Source of the DNA: Camelus dromedarius
Taxonomy: Eukaryota
DNA: 64,000 nucleotides
Assembly: GCF_036321535.1 (NCBI RefSeq)
Contig: NC_087437.1
Coordinates: 90,088,001 to 90,152,000 of the forward strand
Direction of reading: 5' to 3'
The position numbers and the translations under genes are program-made. Positions 41,382 through 54,049 of this stretch are shown piece after piece (the first letter of the stretch is position 1; every line of letters starts with the position of its first letter). A model generated the notes under the pieces. That model made no database searches, was not told the origin of the DNA, and saw only the letters and a program-made list of their open reading frames with translations.

Positions 41382-41580
41382 CCGTGATGTCCTGGAGCCA
41401 GTTCCTATAAGAGCCCTTATAGGCATCACTTCTCCAAACTCTGTGTTCAGTGCTGCCAATGTATTATCTTGAAATCAGCTATAGTTAGAGTATTTTAATC
41501 ACAGAATTTGTTAAATGCTGAAGATCAGGACTTTTTGCCCCCAGAGAGCCAGCTGTTAAGCATTTATCAATACGCCACTT
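41382..41580 (+). mobile_element. MER63A-like hAT-Blackjack MITE
   Basis: CTGGAGCCAG..AACTCTGTGTTCAGTG..CTTGAAATCAGC..CAGAGAGCCAGCTGTTAAGCATTTATCAATACGCCACT follows the recalled MER63A consensus. Confidence 0.8.
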
Positions 41581-41729
41581 AGATTGGACCCAAACTACCT
41601 TTATGATACCATTCAGTATGGAAATCTATATTTTTGTTACTGGTAATTTTTTAAATCATAATCCACAATTTGGTGATGAGTTTCTTTCAGAAAAGAATGA
41701 CCACCACCACCTTGTTTAAATAGGTATAT

Positions 41730-42213
41730 GTATAAGTGAGTGATATCATATGATATTTGTCTTTGACTTACTTCACTTAGTATGATCATCTCTAGGTTCA
41801 TCCATGTTTTCTGCAAATGGCATTATTTCATTCTATATATACACATATGTATATATTTATTGAAGTACAGTCAGTTTACAATGTTGTGTAAGTTTCTGGT
41901 GTACAGTATAATGCTTCAGTCATACATGAACATACATATATTCAAAAGAAAACTATCATATGATACCACTTATATGCCAAATCTAAAAAAAAGACAAACT
42001 TATTTACAAAACAGAAACAGACTCACAGATGTAGAAGACAAACTTATGGTTGCTGGTGGGGGAGAGGTGGGAAGGGATAAATTTGAAATTTGAGGTTTGC
42101 AGACATTAACTAATATATACATAATAGATAAACCACAGGTTCATACTGTATAGCACAGGGGACTATATTCAATATCTTGTAGTAACTTAAAGGTGAAAAA
42201 GAATGAAAACAAA
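41730..42213. mobile_element. Three-segment scrambled L1 3'-region insertion bounded by a 13-bp direct repeat
   Basis: TAAATAGGTATAT at 41717-41729 and 42214-42226. Segments: antisense ORF2 end (41730-41833), antisense 3' terminus (about 41853-41943), sense 3'UTR (41944-42210). Confidence 0.88.
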
Positions 42214-43989
42214 TAAATAGGTATATTTTAATCAAAGAACCTAATTGAACACACTAAAGTATATTGAACTTTTATTGATGTTACCAGCACTACAAAGTTC
42301 TAAACTTTGAAGTTTCTATGAACATTTAACACAGCAGGTGAAGCACACGTTTCGTTGGGATTTCCAGTCATGCTCATGAATCCTACTGCAGCTCAGCACA
42401 AATTCATCTTTCCCTCGTCTTGTGTTCCCTTCCTAAGCCTTTATATACTCTAATAAGACCCCTAGAGTAACCTCCTTTCTAAATCATATTGCTTTTTCAC
42501 TCTATCAGCCACCATACAATAGATCAGTTTATAACAGCATGTCTTCTTGGTACCATGTCAAACTATATATAACCTACAGTAACATGTTTTCAAGGGCAGA
42601 ATGCATTATGTACTTCAGGGTGCCCTTGTCAAAGTATGGCTTGAACACTTATCCTTTGTACAGAAAAAGGACACCTCTGCATCCTTTGCATGGGATTGCA
42701 GATGAGAAAGCTATTTGCTTGCACAGTTCTGCCTGCAATTAGAAGTAGACTACACCACCAGCCCTCAGGTGGGTCACCAGATCTGGTGTCTGAGGCTGTT
42801 CTTCCTTTGTGGTTCTGCCTGTTTCCTTTCATAATTTATACTCTTCTTCATCAGGATCATTATATTTCTCCTGTACACTTGTTTCTTTTCTGTAACTATC
42901 ACCACAAAAGCTTTAATTCATGATGTACTTCAATATCTCTAAAACATTTTTTTCCTCCTTCACTCTGATGGTTCTTTTCAGGGGATAACTTGGCTGTTGC
43001 TTAAAATAACTTGTTCTCAATGGAGTTAACTGTTGTTAACCAATTTGCAAAATCTGACATCAGATAGTTTTACTACTTTGTTTTACCTAATTCTTTTTTA
43101 AGGCAAAATCCATTAGAAATAGTCCTTGATTAAAATAGAAAAGAGAAAATTATGAAGGTGATCCAATAATAGTACATATGTAAATTACCCCAAAATGGCA
43201 AATATGTTTGGAAAGTTTGCTGTATGAGAAAACTCAACATGTAGTGATTTTTTTTTAAAAAAAGAAGAGATACATGTAAAATTGAAATGAGTGTGAAATC
43301 AGATACAATGCTCAAGAATACATTTACCTAGAAGTTTCCCTAATGCTAGAAGAACACTAGATTTGTTTAGTATGGCTCTCAAATAAACATAACCATTCTT
43401 TAAAAGTCATTTGGTGAGAATTAAAATTCACAAATCATGGGGTATGATGGGCCTCAGGGGCGGTATGCATATGAACGCACACAGTTGTGTATTTAATTAT
43501 TTTAACTGGAGTTTGAAACGAGAACATAATTTGGAATAGCTCTGTTCTACTTCTTTTACTGCTGGATCAAACTTGGTAGCATGTGTTCCTTCTTGTCCTT
43601 CTCCCCTTACATATCAAGTACGATGATTAAACCAGGGAGGATGTAAAAAGAAGGAGTTAGCATGCTGAAAGGAGAAAATGAGTAACTACAGGGAGTACTC
43701 AGAGGATGTCTGGAGTGTAGAACTTGTATGCAAAACTGTTCAGAGAATGGAACAGGGTGTTAATATCTACACATTTTCCACTCTCAAATCTGCCATCAAT
43801 TCTTGATATTTTTGCTGAAATATAATTGTCTCCGATAGAAAATTTGTGGCCAACTAACTTCTAACATATCTGTAACCTGCCCATTTAGTCATGAGGTTCA
43901 CTCAGTGCAATTTTGTAAATATGTCTGCATTTAATGTTAGAGTCTTCTCTGTGGTCTTTATCAACTCTAACCCAGTTTAAGGCAACAGT

Positions 43990-44200
43990 CTATGAAAAAG
44001 TCTCCCTATCTCTATTCTCTTCTCTCTCCAATATCATCTGCCATGCTTCCCAAAGTAGACCTGTAAAATTTACATCTGATCATATCACTCTTCCATTTCA
44101 CTTCCTTGGTGATTCATTATCACCTATAATGGAAAGTCCAAATGTCCTGGTATAGCATAAAATCTCTTTACAATGTGGCATCTGTCTACATCCCTATACC
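43990..44200 (+). mobile_element. L2 fragment
   Basis: AAAATTTACATCTGATCATATCACTCTTCC..AAAGTCCAAATGTCCTGGTATAGCATAAAA. Confidence 0.7.
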
Positions 44201-44849
44201 ATTTCTCCCCTCAATAACCTGGCAAAATTCTCAATTCTGAAATTCATTACAATTCTACTTCAACATCATTTTAGTTGATCCCCAGGAAGGACTTAATATG
44301 ATGCTGACTATAATTAAATTTCAGGGAAAGTTCACTTTCCCGTCTCCGTTTCCCAGAGTAAAACCTTATAACTTCAGTTATACTCTTCTTCTAGAAGTTG
44401 AGAAAAAAAGCATATGCTTCTGGTATTACCTCTTCTCCAAAGCAAAGGCAATGATAAAGTTTAAAGGGAAATACCTTTAGAGAGGAAATTAGAAGACACA
44501 ATCCAAGTAGGTATATTTGCATAATCAATACAGCAATAAAGCTTAATACACATTTAGTGAAATAAATAGAAAAGTATCTCTTGAATGGTCCGGCAAAATC
44601 AAGCACTTATCTATTATGCAATGTTCCATATATAGAGAAATTTAGAGGTCAGGGAGGTACAATTTCATTCTATTTGAAAATGTAGGAGCTTTTAATAAGT
44701 GCTAGCTCAGAAAAGGCTTTTCAATTTATGAAGGAAGTTAGTTTCATAATTAAATTTGTGCCAGGCTAACATTGAGTGAATATGTCTATATCTAAATCTA
44801 TATATAAATTATTGAATTTGTTAAGGAATTTGAGTCAGAAAAGCAGTAC

Positions 44850-45080
44850 CACAGAGATATTAAAGATGTGAAATTTGGCTAACTGGAGCTCACGGTGCCC
44901 TTCCACCTGTAGAGGGTACCATGGTTGGTTAGTTCTAGTCTCAAGCTCCCAATCTCTCCCACTGCAGTACCCAGATAATAATGGCTGTACCATGAAGAGA
45001 AAATGAAACATGATGTAAATCTCTTAGCACAGTGTCAGGAACAGAGTATTGACTCAATTAAGTTATCTGTATTATTATCA
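44850..45080 (+). mobile_element. MIR SINE (degraded)
   Basis: 3' part GATGTAAATCTCTTAGCACAGTGTCAGGAACAGAGTA..CTCAATTAAGTTATCTGTATTATTAT. Confidence 0.6.
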
Positions 45081-47450
45081 GTCAGTAATACTATGTCAGG
45101 CTACCAAAACCCCTGTAGTATAAAGAAATAAAGAGATTTTAAATAAAAAATACATAAAGATGTTCTAAATGGATGCTATATTCTGATAGATCTTTCAGAG
45201 TGACCAGTTGCAACACAACTCAAAAAGTTGTCTCTCAAGTTCTTTAACATTATGTGTTTAACTACTGACGATGTCTGAAAAGTTGCACTTTATCCAACAG
45301 TTGGCTATTTCTTAAAAGTCGTTATTACTTTCTGCTAATTTGTCATGACAGAAGCGTATGTCCAGTGTCCAATACACCCATTATATCTATCACGTATAAT
45401 ACAACTTTAACATGAAAAGACCCGTGTAAATTGCTAAACTTTTTTACAACTCCAAAATTTGTCAAAACCATTTTCTCCCACTTTGATTTTTGGCAGTAAC
45501 AAACTTTAAAAGAGCTGAAATTTATTAAAGATTTTATTCAAAGTAAGCAAACAAGCTTAGTGCCTGATAGCAAATTTTGTACATAAAAAAGCTTATATTA
45601 GTATAATCTCAGGACAATATAAAGAAAAAGCCATTGACATCTACTCTATGCAGATGTCCCCAAATTTATTGGTATTTTTATATTTTAGAATTATTCAACT
45701 CAAGCAGATGGGTTTCAAAACAGAATTAAAAATTAAAATTCATTTAGCTTTGTCTTGAAGATTGATTTTTTTCCTCTAAAATTTACAGAAATTTATAGTT
45801 TACAGAAAATTCAGGGCAATTGAATAACAATTCCAAAAAAACCAGTTAGTTCTTATAATCATTGCACATGGTTTCTAGCATATGCTATGGAAATGCCCTT
45901 CCTAACTCTTTTCCTTTATTCTTTTCCAATCACCTCACCTCTTGATAACTTACTATTTCTTATAAGGAAGATAGAAAGTACACACACATATGCAATATAC
46001 AAATCTTTATTTAATCACTAAAATTATCATTAGGTTCCAAGAGCCAGAAGATGGAATGAAATGGAAAAGACAGGCATCTTACAGAGCAAGACTGCTGTGC
46101 TGAATGAAGAGAGGGGAAAGGGCAAAATGGCCTGTTGACCACATGTAAAATTTCCAAAATAAATTCTTGAATCTTTCCCAAGTTTAAAATTCCAAGGTAA
46201 AATCAAACTTACAAGCTAAATTAAAGAATGCAAAACTAGCACAATAAAGGTGCAATCTATAACTTTAAATCTGATTACTTACATTTGCACTTTAAATATG
46301 CATGTCATATATTCATATATAAAGTATATAAAGTATATATTACACATAAGCCATAAATATAGTTGTTAATTTAATTTCCCTTTACACATAAAATTCCATG
46401 CCATTTTTACACCTCAACTGGTGTAGGCCAGTTTTTGAACATTTGATTAGTTTTTACATAATATATAATTCAGTTATACAACCTGACAAAAAGTACAATA
46501 TTTATTGATTTTTTTTAAAAATTGAATGCATTTTTAGCATGTCATATCAACACAGCCTTTGTCCTCAGCACTCTTCAGCTAACCACATATGACAGCTTTG
46601 GGTAGATAAGAGCATAATAAGAAACGCTTTGCTTATTTAGTGTTCTAAAAGTTAGAAATCTAAAAACCAAGATTATGTCTCCATGTCAAAATATATATAT
46701 CCCCAGAAATAAACGGACATGTATGCGTTTGAAGGTTTAATGATATCTAAGTTGGTTATGTTTTTAAAAAATGCTTCTAGTATGCATCCTGAAAATGTCA
46801 AAACTAGAAAATGTGCCTTATCAAGAATAAGATCTCTCCTAATGTTTCTATATTATGTTATATGCAAACTGCATGTCAGAAGAGATAAGAGATCCTTACT
46901 AACTCAGATGGCTAAGATTTTGTTTGTTTTTCCATAAAAGTGTTACAAGAAAAATGTACAGCTATACTGGTGTATAGCATAGCTACAGAGAAATTAGGTA
47001 CAAGCAGAACTGCCTTTGAGAAAGAAGGTGTGAATATTAACACATGAGGATCCCACTGAAGTATTTCGTCCAATGCACTTTCCACTCAGTTTCACTGTTT
47101 GATATGCAGTGAAGAACCATATCTTTAAATTTTAAAGAATACAGTGTCATTGAATTCACAGAGAAACAACTTATGCAGTATAAAATTGGCATGAGGTAGG
47201 CAGTTAAAGATCTAGTAGGACTTTAGAATATACCCCCCCAAAAGAAAGAAATTCATATATCTTTTCTTGAAACTTAGAACCTCTGAAAATCAAACACAGA
47301 AAAACTACTAGTTCATAGCAAAAACATCTCAAACAGTAAAGCTTCATCCTAGCCTTTCAAGTATGTTTAATGTGAGATACTAGTGATGCTGAAAACATGG
47401 TTCCTAGCAAATCATTAAATTATTCATTACATTGTCAAAATAGGTTTTAC

Positions 47451-47511
47451 ATACATGTATGTCTGTGTGTGTGTATATGTATATATATATATATGTATAT
47501 ATATATGTATA
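47451..47511. repeat. (TG)n/(TA)n microsatellite
   Basis: Seen directly. Confidence 0.9.
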
Positions 47512-47860
47512 GACATTAGATAAGACACCATTTTGAAAATGATTTACCAGTCATTCAGGATGGGTGAAACAATTTCTTCTTATTTTTTTGCAAAGTTCTT
47601 GTCCCAGGGGATTGAGATTGATTGCTTTGTACAATTCATGGTGACAAAAAGATTTACAGTTTTTGATCATAGCTCCTAGTACAGGCATTGGCATCTTGAG
47701 GTATTACTTGAAAGACTGCACATTTTAAGATAAATTGGTCTGGAGCAGGACCTCTGGTGCGCTCCTGGGCTCGAATTGCAAAGTCACAGTTTGTTCTGAC
47801 ATTCTATTTCACTGCTTTGGTCAGCCCTCCTAGTTCATAAGTTTAATAACAAGTTGATGG

Positions 47861-50282
47861 TTTGTTTTTTTTTATTAGCTGCTTCAAATTTTTATTAAGA
47901 AAAATATTCTTTTGTGACCCACAAAAAGGTAAAATATGGAGAATATCCTATATAGAATTAAAAAAAAATCTCAAGACAAAAATCTATAAAGGAGATGACC
48001 AATAAATAGTATGAGTAAACCTATTGAGTTTGATGTCCTTTCAAATATTAGTGTAGCTGTATAAAAAGAGCATAAATGTAGTAGCAACTGAACTTATAAA
48101 TTAATTTAAAAAAATCTACCTACAATTATTGGGGCAAAATGCTACCATTTTCTGTAATCATTAGTGGCTAATTCCATGGAGGGTAGAACTTGTTTGTAAT
48201 GTATGGTTAAGGATCCAAATAGATTGGTTTGTTGTTTGTACTCACATAGTGCCGTCTTCTTTGTTTTGTGTATTGTTGCTGTTCTTAATAGAAATGGTCT
48301 TTATTGTCTTAAATGTCTCTATCCCTGTCAAACTTCAATGATGGTTGAAATAAGTTGTTCTTTAATGTAAATATAAGTGTAATACTTTTACTATCTAATT
48401 CTAGAAGGTCCAATGAAGTGGAAATAATGGAATCACAGAATTATAATAAACATATGTATTTGAAAAATACTATCTTAGGTATTACTATACTACTATCAAA
48501 ACTCAATAAGGGTGATTGTAACATCAACTAAATAACCACAGTGAAACTAAAGATATAAACCAAAAGCACTTTTCAAGAGAGAAAACACAGGCAAATATCA
48601 TGCTATCATTGTGGCCGTCCAAATTTCCCTGCTGTGAAAGTTGAACTAAACGGGCATGTGACCCTGAATCCTTGAGCCTTTCCAGTGTGAGTGACCCTTC
48701 TTCTTCCTGGGGGGCCTGATTATCCAGGGGATCTCTGATACTTGCGGGTCTCTGTGGGCTGCTTGGGAACAGTAGGAGCAAACAGGTCACTTGGAAAAGG
48801 CTGAAACTTAAACTTGTGTTTTACTAGCATTAGTCTGTCGTAATCATTTTCTTTTTTGTGTTTCTTGAGCTTTCTCTCAGTCAACAGAACTGCCATCCAA
48901 GTTTCTTAAACTCTTTTCTCAGAGAAAAGTGTCTGGTTTTGATAGAACAACATGGTTCTTTCCAATTCTTTGTCTATGGCTATGGCCATCTTCCTGTAGA
49001 AGTTCCCCTTCTAATATGTGCAGTTCACATTTCCATACACTTTCTCAATCTCTAAGCAGTGAATTTCTTCCTCAATTGATTTTCTCTGAAGTTGCAATCC
49101 ATGTTCTTGAGGTATTTCAGGAGTATTTGTCATTCATCTGAAGCTTCTAACCTCACATTCAAGCTGAGTATTTTCAGATTTAAGATACTTGCTCAGTTTG
49201 GAGACTTCTTTCTCCTATAAACTCTTCATTCTTTTGATTTTCTTCACCTAATTTTCTGGATGTTTCTTGTTTTTTTGTTTTTGTTTGTCTGTTTGTTTTT
49301 AAAGGAGACCCTGAAAAATATAATAAGTTTCTTCAAAACGAATCCTGACTTATTCCAGGTGATCTCCATCTTCTGATTTACTCTTTTCCTCTAATTCCAA
49401 TTTGCCATCCACAAGATCCTCTCAAAAGAGATCAAGGCGAACTTAGGATATTCAGCATGGCTTCAGTCCAAGATTTTTCAGTCTTGCTACCATTCATGAC
49501 CTGCTTGTCTCACACATTTTGAGTTTTCAAACATTTCTTTCTGTTCCTTCATTTTCTGCACTCTCTGCTTCCGTCCTCCAGTTTCTTGAGCAAGCAGCAA
49601 TAGACTTTCCTTATGATGAGTATTGACGTCTGAATTCTCCATTATTTTCTACTAAAGGTGCTCTACGTTGTTCTGAAAAGCTTTCAAGATGCTTTTTTCA
49701 TTAGTCACTTGGTGCTGGGGAAACTTTGATGCATCTTTGAATGATTTTGTCTGCCCTTAAAGGTAAGCCATCATCAGTCTATGAAATGAAAGTTCAGGGA
49801 CTCACTTTTCTGTCCTTTTTTGAGAAAGTCTCCTGTGTCTTAAAGTGAAGACCTGTTTAGATTTTTATTAAGTGATGCCAAATACAGCACTCATAACTTC
49901 AGGTGGTGGTGCTGGCTCCCACCACAGGCAGCTTGAGGGCTTCACGGGCTTGTGTAATTAGTCCAGTCTTCTCACTGGCTTTTTGATACTTCTACCCAGG
50001 CAGAAAATCTTTTGAGAAGCATTTTTATTTTGAAGCATGTCAGTTCCTTAATATAAAGATCACCATAGCAGTACATACCAGAATCTCCCAGAGAATTCAG
50101 ACTTGTCTCAAGCATTGACAACATCAGCACAGTCCTGCATGAGGCTCCAAAACAAGCTGGGAACATATTTTTGAGGCAGTCAGCAGGCCCTCCACAGCTC
50201 GGGAGGCATGGTCACTCTGCCTCAGGCTGCCAGTATTCTATGAGTCACATCTAACCACATGGAATTCTGTGGAATGTTCCAT
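47861..50282 (-). pseudogene. Intronless, degraded CTAGE5/MIA2-like (cTAGE/TANGO1 family) retro-pseudogene; coding remnant about 50282-48600, then 3'UTR-like sequence
   Basis: Manual minus-strand translation gives colinear matches to CTAGE5 as I recall it: KNLNRS, KSFKDASK..QV, KEQKEMFENSK, EDLVDGKLELEEKSKSEDGDHL..LKKLI, SLQTEQ..SENTQLE, QEHGLQLQRKSIEEE, YRKMAIAIDKELERTMLFYQNQTLFSEKR, WMAVLLTERKLKKHKKEN, DPLDNQ. In-frame stops at 49013-49011 (TAG) and 48908-48906 (TAA), plus frameshifts. AATAAA at 47896-47891 is followed by an A-rich tract at 47876-47861. Confidence 0.85.
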
Positions 50283-50789
50283 TTCTAACAAGGCAAACAA
50301 TTGTAGGCCAACTAGGACAGATCATCACTTGGGCTGAGGCTGGGGGATGACATTCAGATTCTAGACAATAGTTCACACTTTGCTCTGCTTATAGCTCAAG
50401 GAGAAGTGATTACTTGTACAGTGCATTTGGGGAAATAGAAAGTGCTGATGGCTGCCAAGACAAGCCTGGAGCTCAGGGCCACTCTAAGTCCCACCTGGCC
50501 CTACAGCAACATAGACATCAAAGCAGTGTCATGCCAAACCCTCTTCTCTGCATCTGAGCATTTCCGGGCATAAGGGTGGAGGCCTACCTCCCTAAACTCA
50601 TTTCCCTGATTTAAAGTTTCTTTCTGTCACTGGGAACTTGATCTTGCTTCCCAAGATCTCAGGGATCTCTCTCCTCTGAAGGCTCCGTTTTTCCTTTGTG
50701 TTTGGTCAATGTAGACAGTCAGGGGAGAGGATGAAGGTGTTTCCTTAAAGGTATTAGCTCAGACACTTGGATTCCAATTGTAACATCTT

Positions 50790-52015
50790 AGGAGAAAGTT
50801 ACCTCATTTAAGGGTAATTGTACAATATTTGACTTTTGTTTCTGATTTATTTCACTTAGCATAATGTTTTCAAGGTTCATCATGTTGTAACATGTGTCAG
50901 AATCTCCTCCATTTTTTAAAGCTGAATAATATTCCATTGTATGTATACAATACATTTTGTTTATCCGTTCAACAGCTGATAGGCATTTGGATTGTTTACT
51001 TCTTTCAGTTATCGTGAATAATGCTGCCATGAACATTGGTGTGCAAGTATCTCTTTGAGCCTCCACTTTTAATTATTTTGGGTACATGCCTAGAAGTGGA
51101 ACTGCTGGATTATATGGTAACTCAATATTTAGTTTTCTGAGGAATTGCCAAACTGCTTTCCACAGCAATGCACAAGGATTCCAATTTCTCATTATCTTCA
51201 CCAAAATTTGGTATTTGCTGGTTTTTGTTTTTGTTTTTTTATAATAGCCATCTCTAATGTATGTGAGGTGGTATCTCATTTTGGTTTTGATTTACATTTC
51301 CCTAATGGTTTGTGATATTTAGCATTCCATGTGCTTATTGGCCATTTGTATATCTTCCTTAGAGAAATATCTATTCAAGTCCTTTGCTCAGTTTTAAATT
51401 GGATTGTTTGATTTTTGTTGTTGAATTGTAGGAGTTCTTTACATATTCTGGATATTATTTATCAGACATATGCTTTGAAAAAACATGCTCTAGGGATTGT
51501 CTTTTCATTTTCTTGATAGTATCTTTTGATGTATAAAAGTTTTTAATTTTAATGAAGTTCAATTTATCTATTTTTTGTTGTCTGAGTTTTGGTAACATAT
51601 GCAAGAAATCATTGCCAAATCCAATGTCATGAGGTTTTCCATATTTTCTTCTGAAAGTGTTACAGTTCTACATGTTTAGGTCTTTGATCCATTTTGAATA
51701 AATGTTTGTATATGGCATAATGTAAGGGTCCAACTTCATCCTTTGGCAAGTGGATATCCAGTTTCCCAGCTCCATTTGTGGTTTTTATTACATTTTGTTT
51801 TGTTTTCTTGTCTTTTGGGGGGTAATTAAGTTTTTATTCATCTATTTATTTTTTTCTTAATTTTTTTTGACAGGGGAGGTAATTAGGTTTATTTATTTAT
51901 TTAATGGAGGTACTGAGGATTCAACTCAGGACCTCATGCATGTTACGCACACACTCTACCACTGAACTATACCTTACCCCCCATTTGTTGAGAAGACCAT
52001 ACTTTCCCCATTATC
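50790..52015 (-). mobile_element. L1 (L1M-type) ORF2 C-terminal fragment, interrupted by a SINE
   Basis: ORFs 50788-51066 (DTCTPMFMAALFTI..IHTMEYYSALK) and 51073-51279 (MRYHLT..WKAVWQFLRKLNIELPYNPAVPLLGMYPK) are L1 ORF2. L1 sequence resumes after the SINE. Confidence 0.93.
51780..51980 (-). mobile_element. tRNA-derived camelid SINE (Vic-1-like) nested in L1
   Basis: Reverse complement reads GGGGTAAGGTATAGTTCAGTGGTAGAGTG (A box)..GAGGTCCTGAGTTGAATCCTCAGTACCTCC (B-box-like), then two AAATAAACCTAATTACC-type tail units and an A-rich tail. TSD CCATTTGT at 51772-51779 and 51981-51988. Confidence 0.88.
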
Positions 52016-54049
52016 TTGTCATTTTAAATGATAAACATCAAAGGGTATTTTCATAATTTTGAAAAATAATGAATAATACCAACATTACTTTACTTATATT
52101 TATAGACAGAATAACATGGAATTTCAGTAAATATGGGATAACCACAACATGTGGACAATACAGGATCTGCTGCTGCAATTAATTTAAATGTTTGATGTGA
52201 AGGAAAAATGTATTCACTTAAGTAATTTTATTTGCCAATAAAGTAATAATCATTACCAGTCCCATGAGGAATATTACAACTAAGTTATAATATTACTGAT
52301 GACTTCATCAAAGAAAAGAGGCTTGAGTTACCATTCCTGCTATTCCAGTAAATGCAAATATGGTGAGGCATAAAAATGTAGATATTAAAAATAACATATA
52401 ATTTGCCATGAAAAATTAAATTTGAGCATCTCCTGCACTTACCTATTAAATAAACAAACAGCAAAATATTAAAAATCTCTAATTACATAAAAATAATAAT
52501 TAAATTCTCAGTACGGTTAAGTAAAAATTCTCTTGAAAGTTTGGACTTTTGACTACAGGATCAATATTGAAAATATAATTGCATATTTATTTTTTAAAAT
52601 GATTAATTATCACTTTATCACCATTTTGAAAATGGTAAGTTAATATTAAGCATATGTTTACACTCATGGCAGAAGAACATTTAAAACATGAGTATAATTT
52701 TTTAATTGGCATAGAATATGCAATCTTGAAGAAATATTAGAAACTGCTCTAAAAACTTTTAAGAAAAGCTTTCAATCATTGTTGTACAATTTGCATAATG
52801 GTAACTCTTAAATGATGTAAAATACTGATTTCTTATTATCTTTTGAGAATGTTAGTTTAATGAGATTTTTTCCCAGCCAATATATGAAATATTGGTCTCA
52901 TTATACTGAACAGTTTATATATATTCCCTTGTATTTTTATTGTGTAAAAAATCCACAGGCTTTTCCAGAGAGGCACATACTTCTTTGTGAAGCAAAATTT
53001 CAAACTCACCTGTACTGCATGTATTTTAATGCTGGCATTATTTTCATTTATATTTATTAAATGATAGGGATTTCTCAATTTTGAGATATAATATGCTTTT
53101 TTAATTCAAATCTATATTGAAATCAATTTTTAAATAATTACATTAGATTTAATTATTTTCAACACTAAAACAATCAATTTTTCATCACTTTCTGAAATCA
53201 AATATATACCTTATTATGCATTCCTTTTTATTTATGTGTTTCTGTTTCAAGCATTAAGATGACATGATTAAAAAAAAATCACAAACAACTGCTTCTTTTG
53301 CTGAATTTTTAAAGCATCATATGTTGAATGTTATGATATTTTAGGAGAAAAATATGGGAAAGTCGTTTTGTCAAGATCAGTAAATATAAATTTATAATCA
53401 GAGATTGTGTTTTTGCCTTTGCATGAAAGGCATATAATTCTACACATGCTGAGCTTTTCCAAGCAGAAACAGGGATGAGAAAAGATAAAAGAATTAAGCA
53501 ATCATAATACTCTACAAACTCTTTCCTCAACTGTTCTCTCTGACACAAATGAATAGCTTATAAATAATGATCCAATACATATATAAATCATGATAAATGA
53601 ACTTCCAGAAAGATAATACAAAATGTGGACTGCCTTCAAATTAAGCCAGGGTTATACAAGTACCATCAGTTAACTTTATCCAGACTATTTAAATATGAGT
53701 GTCAGGACTGAAAGTAAAAAAACAGCAAAAAATTGTTCTGAAATTAATGCTGAATTTAAGAAGCATAGTAATACACTTAACTTCTTAAAGATGAAGCTTT
53801 GAAAATAAAATATTTTAATAACAGGTAAGGGAAAATAGTCACCATTTAAAAAAATAACTTAATGAAGATTTAAGAGTGGTTACAATTTATGTTGAATCTT
53901 TAAAAATTAATATTAAAGAACTCCATTAGAAGAAAACTTGAAAGACAAGTACAATATTTTTTGTTCTATTTCAATTCATTTCTTCCTATTATGTTAACTC
54001 TTCCATGTGTTTTCATAGAACTTCCTCAAGGTTTTTCTCCTTAGGCTGG

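Noticed and set aside
47845..50451. AATAACAAGTTGATGG versus AATAGAAAGTGCTGATGG as the pseudogene TSD
   Set aside because: It needs two mismatches and a 2-nt gap, which is not distinguishable from chance.
51900..51980. tRNA gene
   Set aside because: The A/B boxes belong to the SINE head. It has a SINE tail and a TSD.
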